Shown in pieces: positions 13,432-26,580 of a stretch of DNA of 64,000 nt. The notes below the pieces were generated by a model. The model did no database searches. It was not told where the DNA came from and saw nothing but the letters and a program-made list of their open reading frames with translations. The stretch spans positions 319,176,001-319,240,000 of the forward strand of contig OZ024741.1 in assembly GCA_964016885.1 (NCBI GenBank), given 5' to 3'. A program made the translations under genes and the position numbers. Origin of the DNA: Eledone cirrhosa. Lineage: Eukaryota. Each line of letters starts with the position of its first letter. Position 1 is the first letter of the stretch.

Positions 13432-15522
13432 ATCATCATCATCATCATCATCGTTTAACGTCCATCTTCCATGCTTGCATGGGTTTGGACAGGAATTTTC
13501 CCACTTGAGGCAAGATTGGTTGTCTTGCTCGTATAGGACTGTCTGGCGGATTTTCTACGGCTGGATGCCCTTCCTAACACGAACCACATTTACAGTGTGG
13601 ACTGGGAGGTTTTTACCGTGTTACCTACACGGCAACATTACAGCGTGGACTGTGTGTCTTTTTGTCGTGACACCTAAACAACCTCATTTGTTTCGGACTG
13701 GATGTTGTGGTACCAACATAACTTTACATCGAAAGGGGTGGGGGTAGTGGGACGGGTGTGTATTTTTGTTAAGAGGTGCCTACTGACTGCAGGTTTTGCT
13801 TTGTACTTAGGCAAGGCGGGTCTTCTGTATTACTGTGTAGCACCAAAGATCTCGGTCCAGTGACATTGTCTTGGAGAGGTGTAAGTGTGTGAGGTCGGAA
13901 TTTATCAAGTCGTCCCAGGTTTTTCTGGGTCTGCCTACTCTGTGGCTACCGTCTATTTTTATCGCCCTGCACTTTTTTATACAGCTGTCGTCTTTCATGC
14001 GCATCATGTGACCACACCAACGTAGTCTTCTCTCGAGTAAACAACATCTGATCCCTCTTATTCCTAATTTCTCCCTTAGTTCATTTATGCTTTGCCGTTC
14101 ACGTATATTACTATTACACATCCAACGGAGCATGCAAGCTTTGTTCCTCACCAGTCTGCATATATCGTCTGCACACAATGCTCAAGTCTCACTGCCATGT
14201 ATCATTGCTGTTCGTATGCAGGCATCATACAGCCTTCCTTTCATTTTTAGAGAGAAACCTTTAATGGCCAATAGTGGTATAAGCTCTCTGAACTTTTTCT
14301 ATCCCGTTCTGACTCTAGCTACTGTACTTTCAGCGCAACCTCCACCACTGCTGATTTTGTCACCCAGGTAACGGAAGGTGTCCACTATTTCTATAGAACC
14401 ATCTGTGCAATGGAATGAGCTGGTATTTTGTGGGCACTTGCTGCTACTTATTGCACCTGAACACCGGCCACATATAAAATCTATATTCTTAGTTAGTTTA
14501 CCGGTGATCCCACTACATCTTTTATGCACTCATACTTTGCATTTGGGACATAAAATGGAGTTTCTGCCTACTCCTTTCCTACACACTGAGCATGGCCATT
14601 TCCCAGATGGGACCAGTGCCCTATTTTCCTTCCTACAAACTAGAACTTTAGTCTTAGACAGGTTAGTTTTAAAGGCCTTTTGATTCTAGGCTGTGCTTCC
14701 ATGTTTGGATTTTCTTCTCTAGTTCAGCCATTGATTCAGCTATGAGTGTTAGATCATCTGCGTATAGGAGTTCCCATGGGCAGCCGGTCTTGAACTCCTC
14801 TGTTATAGCCTGAAGGGCAATAATAAATAGGAGGAGTCCTGATGAACACCAACTTTTATGTTAAACTCTTCACTATATTCGTTGTTAATTCTAACCTTGC
14901 TGACTGTTTATTTATACATGGCTTGTATAGCTCTCACAAACCATTCATCAACGCCTAGTTTTCTGAGAGCCCACCAGATAATGGGGTGTGGGACTCTGTC
15001 AAAGGCTTTCTCCAAGTCAACAAAAGCTAAGTAAAGGGGTTTACTTTTAGCTAGGTACTTCTCCTGTAGTTGCCATACAATGAAAAGAGCGTCTGTGGTA
15101 CTTTTACCTGACACAAACCCGAATTGCATTTCATCTAGATCAATTCGCTCTCTGATTAGTTGCGCTATTACTTTTTCTGTGACCTTCATGACCTGGTCAA
15201 TTAATTTAATGCCTCTATAGTTTCCCCTATCTAGGGCATCTCCTTTACCCTTGTAGCAGTTAATGATGATGCTGCTACGCCAGTCCTTCGGAACGACCCC
15301 ATTCTGTATGACTTGGTTTACTATCCGGGTGACCATAGTGTGTCCCACCGTTCCAGAAGCTTTCAGCATTTCAGCAACTATTTCCGAAGGCCCAGCCGCC
15401 TTGCCTGTCTTCATATCTTTGATCGCCTTACATATTATACTACCTTCAACTTGCACTGCTGGTCCCTCTATTGGATCGATGTGGGGGAGACTGTCTGTCT
15501 CCCATTTATTCTCCTCATTACA
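13432..15522 (-). mobile_element. 5'-truncated RTE family A LINE
   Basis: Track ORFs 14908, 14299 and 13807 match the full-length copy at 47390-51600; (GAT)n tail. Confidence 0.95.
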
Positions 15523-15837
15523 TATATATATATATATATATAAGGCAAAGGATGAGAAAGGAAATATTTCAACATAATATTTCAGGGTTAATACCCTCTT
15601 TTCAAATGTAAAACAAAAACAATGCAAAGCAAAATAAAAAAAAATATACTCTTCTTTAACTGATCCAAGTTTCTGGATTGGGCATGAGAAAGACAAAATA
15701 AGTCAATGGATTAATACGAAAAAGAAGAGATGACACTGAGAAGAGAAATAGTCATTGAAGACGTCACAGAATGTGTGATGAAAGAGATTTGACAAAATAA
15801 CCAATAACTAATAATTATAATGAGAAAGTCAAATAAT

Positions 15838-16050
15838 GGTTTCGGATTTAGGCACAAGGCCAGCAATTTTGGGGGAAGAGAATGTTGATTAAATAGATCC
15901 CAGGGTGAGACTGGTAGCTTATTTTATCGACCCGGTAAGGGTGAAAGACAATACTAACTCCGGCAGGATTTGAACTCAGAACGTAAAGGGTCATAACTCG
16001 ATGCCGCTAAGCAGGGTGTTCGATCCTCTACCAATACTTCCAATCCACCA
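15838..16050 (-). mobile_element. SINE family A
   Basis: Reverse-complement match to 25897-26082. Confidence 0.8.
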
Positions 16051-16201
16051 CCCTGAGAAAGTCAAATAGTGTATATTTTATTGGTACAATTGGTAAAATG
16101 AGCATCCCCAAATATATATATATTTGATGCTAGTGAGGTTTTTCTTGTTTTGGGTTGCTTTGCTGGGAATCTGCCCATTGGTGACTTTGTATAAGTTAAT
16201 C

Positions 16202-16252
<51 letters not shown>

Positions 16253-16841
16253 ATATATATATATATACACACAGAGAATGTCTCGTGGTCGGGTCGTTGG
16301 CGACTAAACTGGCAACCCCACCAAGGTTTCTTGGTGAGGAGGGTGACTTTGGACATCCTGCAGGACTAAAAACAAAACTTGTCAAAGGGCAAAAGAGCTC
16401 TTAAGAGTCAATGGCCATCCAAAATCACCGGGAGAGATGACCCCTTAACCTTTGTCAAGGCAGAATTCTAGATGGAAAACTCTGATATAACACCTGCAAC
16501 CCTGATGGTATCCAATGATGTTGCCTTGTTCTTCTTTTTGGTAAATATCATCTTGGTTAAGAGAGTGGGACTGGCTTTGTGCAGTGCCTTTGCTCACTAT
16601 AAAAGCTTCACGGCACAGGCATTGCTTTATATCTGGAGAGCTCTCTGCACTTGTTGTCACATGGTACCATGGGCCCAGCACTATGTATCAATAATTGTCA
16701 CAAGTGTAGTGTTTGTACCAGAGTTTTCAAGTCGCTGGCTGGACTAAAAAGTCACACTCGTTCAGCGCATCGGTAGGGGTTCTCCTACATGGATATAAAG
16801 TAGTGGCCGTACTCGAAAACGAGTTGGCAACCACCATATAT

Positions 16842-16879
<38 letters not shown>

Positions 16880-16884
16880 AGACG

Positions 16885-16931
<47 letters not shown>

Positions 16932-17272
16932 TGAGATGCAGAGTGAGTAGAGATATATAAAATCCCAACCACAACACCAAGCAGTTTCAGCTTGTGTATT
17001 CAGCAAGCCTTTTAAAGGGACTACACCCTTGAAAAGGCTTGCTGAACACAATATGGATCAACCAATGAAACAATTAGTTTCATAAACTTCACAAACCTCA
17101 TGAAGAAATAAACGTACACACACATACACATACACACAGTCACTCATTCACAATGTGTAGCGGAAGGAAGAAATAAACACACACACACACACTCTCACAA
17201 TGTGTCGTGGAAGGAAGAAATAGACACACACACTCTCACAATGTGTCGTGGAAGTATGTAACATTTTCTTAC

Positions 17273-17447
17273 AGGAATATCTGATGCATTTGTCAGCTTG
17301 GTCAGGTGAGGATAGTACCTGAGTGTATAGTTGACCTGGCGACTAATATCAAGTAAGTCGATTAATCGGGTTCTTTGGTTGGAAGAGTGTTCCTTTAGAA
17401 GATAAATCTTCTCATAAAAGTGATTATAATCATAGAAACCAAAGAAT
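17273..17447 (-). CDS. Host gene exon: FFGFYDYNHFYEKIYLLKEHSSNQRTRLIDLLDISRQVN...ASDIP
   Basis: ttccag acceptor, gtaaga donor, 175 nt phase 2/0; absent from ORF track. Confidence 0.85.
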
Positions 17448-18353
17448 CTGGAATTAAATCAGATAAAACAAAGCAATAGGGTTTATGTGAAGTATATATG
17501 GTTATGGTTGTTTTCAGAAAGCTGGTACAATGCAAATTAGAAATGCAAGGGCGAAAACTAGAGTAAAGTAAGAAAAACTTAAGATACCAAAGTTACCAGA
17601 AAGGAAGGACCCCCCCCCCCTCCAGAAATTTGCATACCAAAGAGGTTTTTCTCATCAAGAATGTCATAAACAGCAGGTGTAAGTTGTATGAACCTGATTG
17701 GCTACTTTCATCAAACCAATTTGCATGAGGCACCACTCCTTCAACCTAATTTCTAAACAACAGAGTTCCATTTATTGCAAACAACACATTCCATTTCCTT
17801 TTTTTTCTTTCTTCTTTTATTTAATTTTTTTTTTTTTTGAAAGACCTTTCCTAACCTTTGAAATATCAGGAGATATAAAGTAAATTGTTGTTTTGTTTTG
17901 TTTTTCTTACTCTACTCTAGTTTAACTGTCACTCTCTATAGATACTGAACACAACCACAAGGACATGGTCCGAACGTGGAAGAGCCGAACTCCCACTGTC
18001 ATTGCCTCCATCTCTCTCGCCCTCCCCATTTCTCTGTATGGTGAGCAAATGGGGTCCCACATGCTGGCCTCCCTACAGCCCCAGTGGACAGAATGGAGAA
18101 GGCGTTTCCCCTGAAGATGGTAAGGGAGATGCACTGGAAGAACCATTCCAACTCGCGAGGCTCACACCTGTGGCTGGTTTTCCCAAAACAATCAAAACCA
18201 CAGGGCTTTATTGCTGTGAAAGAATTTTTGAGATAGTTGAATTAGAAACATCTGTTTCTGTGTTAAAAAGGGACTTTATCTCTAATAAATGTATATGAAA
18301 CTTATCTGAATTAAAGAAATTGAAAATTCTTTGAAAAAAAATAATTTGGTTAA

Positions 18354-18560
18354 CCATTTTGATAACAACCTGGCCAAAACCACCCATTTTGAAGGGTTCC
18401 AATGTAAATTAAAACAGTCCAACATAATTTTGTGTAAGAATCACATATTAAGTTATTATATTAATAATGAAATAACTAATATTTTCAATAAATCCCTAAT
18501 AATTCTTCATTAATGAATTGAAACAGAGTGTATTTCATTAGAAATACAGTCATGAAAGAG
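18354..18560. mobile_element. TTAA-flanked MITE family 2
   Basis: Inverted homolog of 23029-23682 outer element; partial tandem copy follows to about 18718. Confidence 0.6.
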
Positions 18561-18739
18561 TTAAATTAAAATCTTCCAAAATAATTTTATATAAGAACCA
18601 TATGTTAAGTTACTATCTGAAATAATTTTAAGGTAGTATTTGAGTAAATCCATCATAATTCTTCATTAATTTAAATATAGTATATTCCATTAAAAACATG
18701 GTTGTACAAAAGTTAAATTAATTTAACAATGAAACTCAC

Positions 18740-18935
18740 CGATTGTTGAAGTTTATTTTGGCCTTGACAGCTTGTATATTTTCTAGTGCCTTTAGGGTGT
18801 CCCATGAATGCTGGTGACGGTTCCTGAAGTTGATGATTCTAAAATATTGGTTGGCCCTTCGGCGCAAAGGTGAAATATTATTCCCCTTACGTGAGTATAG
18901 CCGGCGTGTGAATTCATTGATGGAGGACATTGTCT
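18740..18935 (-). CDS. Host gene exon: TMSSINEFTRRLYSRKGNNISPLRRRANQYFRIINFRN...KINFNN
   Basis: Pyrimidine-rich tcacag acceptor, gtgagt donor, 196 nt phase 1/2. Confidence 0.85.
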
Positions 18936-19149
18936 CTGTGATTGAAAGTGGAGTGTGAGGATGAAAGTGTTGGTGAGAATAAGGATGAGAGTGAAAGAGA
19001 GAGAGTACAGTTTGTCTTATATTATAGTGTAAGTGGCTTAGACACATGTACTATTGATGTAGTTCTTAGGGAGATTCAGTATGACACATGGTGTGAGAAG
19101 GTTGGCCATTTTGAATAATTTGTAAAGTCTGTCTTGTATTATGGTGTAA

Positions 19150-19340
19150 GGCAGTGGATTGACAGTATCGGTAAAGTGTCAGACACCATGCTTTGCAGCA
19201 TAGAGTTATGGCCCTTCTTGTTCTGAGTTCAAATCCTGCCGAGGTTAACTCTGCCTTTCATCCTTACGGGGCTGATAAAATAAGGTACCAGTAATGTACT
19301 GGGGTAATTGCTGGTCTTGTGCCAAAAATAGAAACAATTA
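19150..19340 (+). mobile_element. SINE family A
   Basis: Match to 25897-26082. Confidence 0.85.
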
Positions 19341-19556
19341 GAGTGCAAGTGGCTGTGTATTCCACAGTTAAGTGATCTCTTAATGTAGTTCTCAAGGATT
19401 CAGTGGGACACAGGAGGTGACAAAGCTGGCCGCTTGAATACAACTCAATTTTGTCAGCTGAATGAACTGGAGCAATGTGAAATAATGTGTGTTGCTCAAG
19501 GACACAATCACTCATGATTTTGTGATTAAGAAAAAAAAAAAAAAAATTGAAACACA

Positions 19557-20165
19557 CAGCTAGCACCTATGTAGGTGTAGCTGACTTCCAATAAGGTTGC
19601 ATCTCATATGACATTTCTGGAGCATTTTAATAATAGAGGCCTAGTCCTATCATGTTGTTACAGCTCACATCTATGTAGGTGTAGCTGACCTCCTATAAGG
19701 TTGTATCTCATATGACATTTCTTGGGTGTTTTAATAATAAGGACCTAGTCTTATCTTATAGTTCATAGCTATGATTGTTTAGTTAACCCCCTATATCTAG
19801 GACGTTTCTTGGACATTTTAATAAGAGGCCTAATCCTATCATGTTGGTGGTGTTGTTACAGCTCACATCTATGTAGGTTTAGCTGGGCTCCTATAAGGTT
19901 GTATTATAGGAGGTTCCTTGGGTGTTTTAATAATAAGGACCTAGTTCTATCATGTTATTACAGCTAACACCTATGTAGGTTTAGCTGGCCCCTAAAAGGT
20001 GGTATTCATAGAAGGTTTCTTGGGTGTTTTAATGATTGAGTCCCCAGTTCTATCATGTTGTTGTTACAGCTAACACCTATGTAGGTTTAGCTGACCTCCT
20101 ACAAGAGTGTATCTCATAGGATATTTCTCTGGTGTTTTAACAACAAGAGCTTTAGTCCTATCATG
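19557..20165. repeat. About 100-bp tandem repeat, about 6 copies
   Basis: Recurring CAGCT..CACCTATGTAGGT..AGCTG...TTTTAATAATAAG..CTAGT.CTATCATG. Confidence 0.85.
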
Positions 20166-20349
20166 GAAAGCAAATTGAAATGAAGTTTTCTTGCTCAAGA
20201 ACACAACACACCACCCTGTTGAGGATTCAAACCAACAACCTTAGGATCATGAGATCAACACATTAAATACAAAGCTTCACAGTAGAAAGTGAGAGAAGAC
20301 AAGTATGATAATGATAAGAGAGATAGACGATATCACTGTGTGTACTTAC

Positions 20350-20452
20350 CATAGACACTCCCTGATATATCAATGAGGTCTAGGATAACCTCATGACCTG
20401 ATTCTAACACATCTCTAGATTCTTCTTTGAGCTCCTTGTACTTGTTATGGAT
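20350..20452 (-). CDS. Host gene exon: IHNKYKELKEESRDVLESGHEVILDLIDISGSVY
   Basis: ttttctag acceptor, gtaagt donor, 103 nt phase 0/1. Confidence 0.85.
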
Positions 20453-21880
20453 CTAGAAAAAAAAGTTCAGTAAAGAGATCATCACCATATTCACCTTCAC
20501 CAACATCATCATTATGAACGCCATCATCATCACCATATTTATCATTACCATCATAATATTTACCATATTCACCACCAACATATTCATTACAATCATCACC
20601 ATTATTACCATCATCATCAGCACCACCACCGCCATCATCATCATCATCATTACGCCCCCCCCCCCCCCCTACCACCATTAGAAAAAGCCAATGATAACAT
20701 TGTTTCCTTAATCTGATCTGATGATTGGCTCCTTTCTTTTGTCAGGTGTTGTGTCTGGCAAATAACATCAGCAATGGAAAGACTGATGGAAACATTGTTT
20801 TCTTGGTTCAATCTGATGATTGGTTCCATTTTTCTTTCATTAGGGCTGAGTTCAAATACCGCCGAGGTTAACTTTGTCTTTCATCCTTACGGGGTTGATA
20901 AAGTAAAGCACCAGTAATGCACTGGGGTAATTGCTGGCCTTGTGCCAAAAGTAGAAACAATTATTGTGGTGGGCAAAACTGTAGGACACCCTAGAGACAC
21001 TTTTCTCCAATGCTAAACCCTTAACTTCTTCAAGTTCCACTTAGAGAAGGAAGTGCTGTACTCCAGCAAAGTTGTAAGTGGTGTGTGTACTGAAAGTGTG
21101 AGTACTGAAATCATGATAAAATTCTTTCAGTACACCCTATAATATGGTAGTCATGATAAAAAGCACCCAGTACTTGCTTTAAAGTGGTTAGCATTAGGAA
21201 GGGCATCAAGCCATAGAAACCATGCCCCAAAACATTGTATGAGTTGGACATAATCACCTTAGTACATGATAACCCATCTAACCATGATGATGGAGCTGAT
21301 TGAGAGCTCAGTCAGCTAAGGATGCCCACTCTCACCTCATCTGTATATCTTGGCACTGGAGACTTTGCTGTAAAGGTTGGAGACATTGTGAGGCATCCTG
21401 GTCGAGTTGGGACACATGAGTACTGTATCTGCATACACAGTTGAAGCTAACCATGTGTGTCTGTGTGCAGTTATGGCGATGAGTATTCCACTTGACATGA
21501 TCAACTGGACCAGCTCGCTCGGGAAATTAATGTGTAAGCGGCTGAACATTCCACAGACATTTGTACCATTAACATAGCTCTCAGGGAGACTCAGCATGAC
21601 TCAGTACGTGACAAGGCTGGTCCTTTGAATTAGAGGCACAACTTATTTTTGGCAGCTGAGAGATCAGACACACATATACATACTAACAAATTCACATTAA
21701 CACATACACAAACATTTACAGAGACACTAATACATAACACACACATACACATTAACACATATACAAAAACATTTACACTCATTAACACACACACATTAAC
21801 ATACACATTAGCACATATATATACACACATTAACACACATATACACATTAATACACAAAAAGAAGTTCAAGTACACGTAC

Positions 21881-21976
21881 CTGATCAAAAGAGTGCAGAA
21901 TCTGCCGAATAGTTTCACCAATTCCATTACGTAAGACACCATAAAGTTGTTTTATTTTCCCAATTAATTTCTCTCG
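21881..21976 (-). CDS. Host gene exon: REKLIGKIKQLYGVLRNGIGETIRQILHSFDQ
   Basis: ttgtag acceptor, gtacgt donor, 96 nt phase 0/0. Confidence 0.8.
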
Positions 21977-23028
21977 CTACAACGCAACAGTTAATAGGTA
22001 AACATATGCAAATTAGGGAAATCATTATGCAAATCAGACAATACTAATCACTTATATAGTCTGATGTTTATAAAGAGAGAAGGGAGAGTGTTATGTATGC
22101 ATGAGAGAAAGAGAGAGAGAATGTGTGTTGTAACTTCATAGGTTTTGATGCTGAGTACAGACTGCTCATGAAATTAACATGTAAGTGGCTGAGTATTCCA
22201 CAGACACATTCACCCACTCAGCCTGACACACTGTGTGACAAGATCAGCCTTTTGAAATACAGGCACAGTCAACCTGAAGGGCTTTCAAACAATTTCCATC
22301 AATTCAAATTCACACAAAAAGTCAATGCAGAAGTATAGTAAATGACACTTGTTCAAAAGGGCATGCAATGGGAGAGAACCCTGTACCTTGTGATTGCTAA
22401 TTGAACTTCCTTACCATTTGGCTATGCTGCATCTACAACTCATTGCATAAGAAAATTAGACAATGAAAGTCAAGGCTGTCATGATCTTTTTATTTGTCTG
22501 AGCTGCATTAGTTATGATTTAGCAGAAAATATCTCAAAACCGGCTTCTTAATTCAAATATTTATAGTACCTTTACTGGAGAGATTGTTGCGGAACGTTGC
22601 AGTATTATCACTTAATATACTGTTGAATTTTTTTAGCAGAAAATATCTAAAAGCATGTAAACAATCACATGTTTAGAAGACAGCAGTTGAATTTGAAAAT
22701 TAAATTGTAGCATTCATCATATTTTTGACTACATAGAAATAATCTAATAACAGGGTGTATAAGCCCCCAGAATGGGGGAAAAAATGGGCATCAGTATGCA
22801 TGGGAATTGAAACCACACTGCTTATATAAGTGTGCTAGCTGCTTACACCAACTTGCCCACTTGCGTTTCTCTGTTAAATTTAGAAGCCCTGTTATGAGAT
22901 TATTTTTCTGTAATAAAATATATGGTGAATGCTACTAATTTAATTCAATTTTCAAATTCCATCTCTGTCTTCTAAACATGTGCTCATTTACATATATATT
23001 GCTATCAAGATCTACCTTCTAAATTTAA

Positions 23029-23682
23029 CCCTTTCATGACATATTTCTAATGAAATACACTCTGTTTCAATTAATTAATGAAGAATTTTGAGGGATTTAC
23101 TAAAATCATTAATTATTTCATAACTAACATAGTAACTTCAATGTAAGTGTCTTATATAAAATTATGTTGGAAGATTAATTTAACCCTTTAATGTTCAAAC
23201 CGGCCAAAACCGGCCAGAATTCTCTACCTCTTTCTGTTGAAACTGGCAGTAACCGGTCGCTCAAACTGATGTTAAGGTATTGTTTTCAAAATAAATACTT
23301 TCAAAATAAATACTTTTAAAATCTCATAGATTCAATATTATGTGAGGTAATAATAATAATAATAACGAAATTATTGTGTAAAGTGTTGAGGTGCACTACA
23401 ACTCGTCAAAGGTATAGTACATAGAATAATATACAAATGTCAGGGAAGTGAATAGTGTATGAGTCATGATATACATGTGTGTGTGTGTATGGAGGGGGAA
23501 TATTAGGTGTAGTGTTGGCGAATCTCAGGAAGCAATCATGCGAGGTAAAGCCTTTACCATGAAAATATAATAGTATATATAGAGTAATATGAATACTAAA
23601 GGGTTAAATTGGAAACCTTCAAAATAGGTGACTTTATTTCATAGAACCAGAGACAGTTTTGGCTGGGTTGGTAACTAAAAGG
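23029..23682. mobile_element. TTAA MITE family 2 containing nested MITE family 1 (23184-23603), which contains a CR1 3' tail (about 23350-23533, minus)
   Basis: TTAA|CCCTTT...AAAGG|TTAA outer ends; TTAA|CCCTTTA...TAAAGGG|TTAA inner ends; CR1 tail homologous to 5680-5865. Confidence 0.8.
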
Positions 23683-24107
23683 TTAATGGAGAAAAACAGG
23701 TGGGCAAGTTGTTGCAATTGGCTAGCATATTATCGTGAAAATAAGACGTGTGGGTTTGATGCCCATTTTTCTCTGTTCTGGGGACTTATACGCCCTGTTA
23801 TTAGGTTATTTTTCCATAGTCAAAAATACAGTGAATGCTACTAATTCAATTTCAAAACATGCTTGTTATTTCAAATGTTTATAATATATTTACTAATGGA
23901 CAGATTGATGTGAAAATTTGCAGTATTATCTTTTATCATCCGGTAATGATTTATCAGAAAATATATAAAACAAGTTTGTTACTTCAAATGTTTATAGTAT
24001 GAAGAAAAAGAAAAAGAAGAAAAAGAAAAAGAAAAAGAAAAAGAAAAAGAAAAAGAAGAAGAAATCTCTGAATAAGAAATCTCTGAATAAGAAATCAAAA
24101 TACATAC

Positions 24108-24487
24108 GAGAGCTAACACAAACTTTGGTACTGTCCAGTATTTTCCAGGTAGTTTTGTATCCAGTTTAGAATCAAAATTTAAATCTGTGCTTCCAGAACA
24201 TTTTTCACCATCTTTTTTTGTTTGACATTTCTTTTTCCCTGAGCTTTCATTCACTGAAGAATTCGGTTCATGGCCGTTTCTATCTCTATTTTTCCTCTTC
24301 CTCCGTCTTTTGTTCTTTCCAGATGGTTTTCTTTTCCATTGTGGGTTTCTAAAATGTTTGTCAACACGGGTGTAATACTGTTTTTTACCTTGCATCTCAG
24401 AATCCGTGTTGATAATTTTGATGTAGATATCATCTTTCTGTATAACTGAGAGGCAGCCATTTTCATTTATGAAAGGATCACAGTCAT
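24108..24487 (-). CDS. Host gene exon: DCDPFINENGC...KRRRKRK...PKFVLAL
   Basis: ttcaattcag acceptor, gtatgt donor, 380 nt phase 1/0, open frame. Confidence 0.8.
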
Positions 24488-24608
24488 CTGAATTGAAAAG
24501 AAGAGGATTAATTTTTTTTATATATAATATATAACATTCATATCTTTTAAGAAGCTCTCTACACAGCAAGTTAGCAGAGTTGTTAGAGCATCAGTATTTG
24601 TTCCAATT

Positions 24609-24719
24609 GAGTTCAAATCCCGCCGAGGTTGACTTTGCCTTTCATCCTTACGGGGTCGATAAAATAAAGTACCAGTAATGCACTAGGTAATTGCTGGCCT
24701 TGTGCCTAAAGTAGAAACA
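24609..24719 (+). mobile_element. 5'-truncated SINE A inserted into an older related SINE, 16-bp TSD
   Basis: AGTATTTGTTCCAATT at 24593-24608 and 24720-24735. Confidence 0.8.
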
Positions 24720-24941
24720 AGTATTTGTTCCAATTCCCTGTGCTCTGAGTTCAAATCCTGCTGAAGTCAACTTTGCTTTTCATTCTTTTGGAAGTTGATA
24801 TATAAATGAGAGAGATATAGAGAGTGTATACCTTCTACCTGAACATATAATACATAGGCATAAGGGAGAGACACACAGTGACAAAGGGAGACAGAGATAA
24901 TGAGAGCAACAGGGAGAGAGAGAGAGGGTGTGTGTGTCTAC

Positions 24942-25002
24942 CTTCTGGCTGAACATAAAAATCAGCCAAAATTGAAGGGTAAATGAGGGGAGGTACAGGA
25001 TG
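24942..25002 (-). CDS. Candidate host exon HPVPPLIYPSILADFYVQPE
   Basis: gtttatag acceptor, gtagac donor, 61 nt ending phase 1, compatible with exon 24108-24487. Confidence 0.45.
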
Positions 25003-25896
25003 CTATAAACAACACTACATTAACTCAGTCTTTCTGGTAACAGACACTCAAATATACCACAGGACAGCATTTTCTCTCTTTCTTCCCATATCTCTCTCTC
25101 TCTCTCTTACATTTCTCCACTATCCTCTCTCTTTCTCTGACCCATACCAAGGACCCAAACAGGTTTATATGGGACACAGGACTGCAGGCATTTACACTGG
25201 ATATGAAACAAGCAAAGGGGCGAGGAAAGGTCAATTTAAGGCATACCAAGATCAAAGATGTACTGTTTCCTGTCAGGTGTAATAAACTAAACACACACAC
25301 AGAGTGACACACACACACACAAGTTGATATAAACACAGTGACATATACACTGGATACATTTTATCATACTAGCATTACCACTTTACAGAGTGCACAGGGT
25401 GTATTTTATCATGGTACCAGTACTATCACTTACAGAGTTTACTGGATACATTTTATAATGGCACTAGCACTTAGACAATGTACTGGGTGAATTTTATTGT
25501 GGCACTAGCTCTACCAATTTATGCAGTTTACAGTATATCTACTATTATATTTAAAGGAATGTATATATCTGTTTTGACCTCCAGGAATGCATGCACAATG
25601 ATAACTGAAATGAACCAAAGTCAGTTACAAATGTGGGAAAACAGTGTATGTGCAGAAGCAAACTTCCTATTCTCTCTATCCATCTTTCTAATTATGATAA
25701 TAATGACAATAATGAAAATTATTGTGTACAGTGCTCAGGTGCACTACAACTCATCAAAGGTGTATGTATAGTACATAGAATAATGTACAAATGTTAGGAA
25801 AGTGAACAGTGTGAATCATCTATCTTTTTTCTGTTAGTCTACCTATTTATCCCTATTTGTTTATGTAATTTGCAGTCATTAATGAAGAATGAATAG

Positions 25897-26082
25897 TGGA
25901 CGGTGGATTGGCAGTATCGGTAGAGGGTCGGACGCCATGTTTTCCAGCATAGTTACGTCCCTTTACAATCTGAGTTCAAATCCCGCCGAGGTTGACTTTA
26001 TCTTTCATCCTTACGGGGTCGATAAAATAAAGTACCAGTAATGCACTGGGTAATTGCTGGCCTTGTGCCTAAAGTAGAAACA
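25897..26082 (+). mobile_element. Full-length SINE family A with 19-bp TSD
   Basis: A box TGGCAGTATCGG, B box GAGTTCAAATC; ATTAATGAAGAATGAATAG at 25878-25896 and 26083-26101. Confidence 0.9.
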
Positions 26083-26370
26083 ATTAATGAAGAATGAATA
26101 GGATCATAAAAAAAAGAACACCAAAAATTGCAGTCATCATGACTGTCTAGCGGCCATGTTTCTAAGCTAACATGGACACACAAACACTCCCTCTCAATCA
26201 TATACACAAAATCACTATCAATTTATTGCTGATTTTTGTTTTATTCAAAAACTAAGCACAGGAACAATAACCATAAGTTATTCAGACCTTTTCAGTCATT
26301 CCAGATGTATACTGATGTATACTTTTCAGTCATTCCAGATGTATACTGAGATACTGGGACACTGCCTTAA

Positions 26371-26580
26371 CCCTTTAATGTTCAAACTGGCCAGAATTCT
26401 CTATCTCTTTCTGTTGAAACTAGCTGTAACTGGTCGCTCAAACTGATGTTAAGGTATTGTTCTCAAAATAAATACTTTCAAAATCTCATAGATTCGTTAT
26501 TATGTAAGATAATTATGCGAGGTAAAGCCTTTACAATGAAAATATAATAATATATATAGAGTAATGTAAATACTAAAGGG
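26371..26580. mobile_element. piggyBac-type MITE family 1 (210 bp)
   Basis: TTAA|CCCTTTA...TAAAGGG|TTAA; same body at 23184, 27899, 33574, 34154 and 35332. Confidence 0.85.

Noticed and set aside
25897-25990. tRNA genes
   Set aside because: A/B boxes belong to multi-copy SINE heads; no complete cloverleaf
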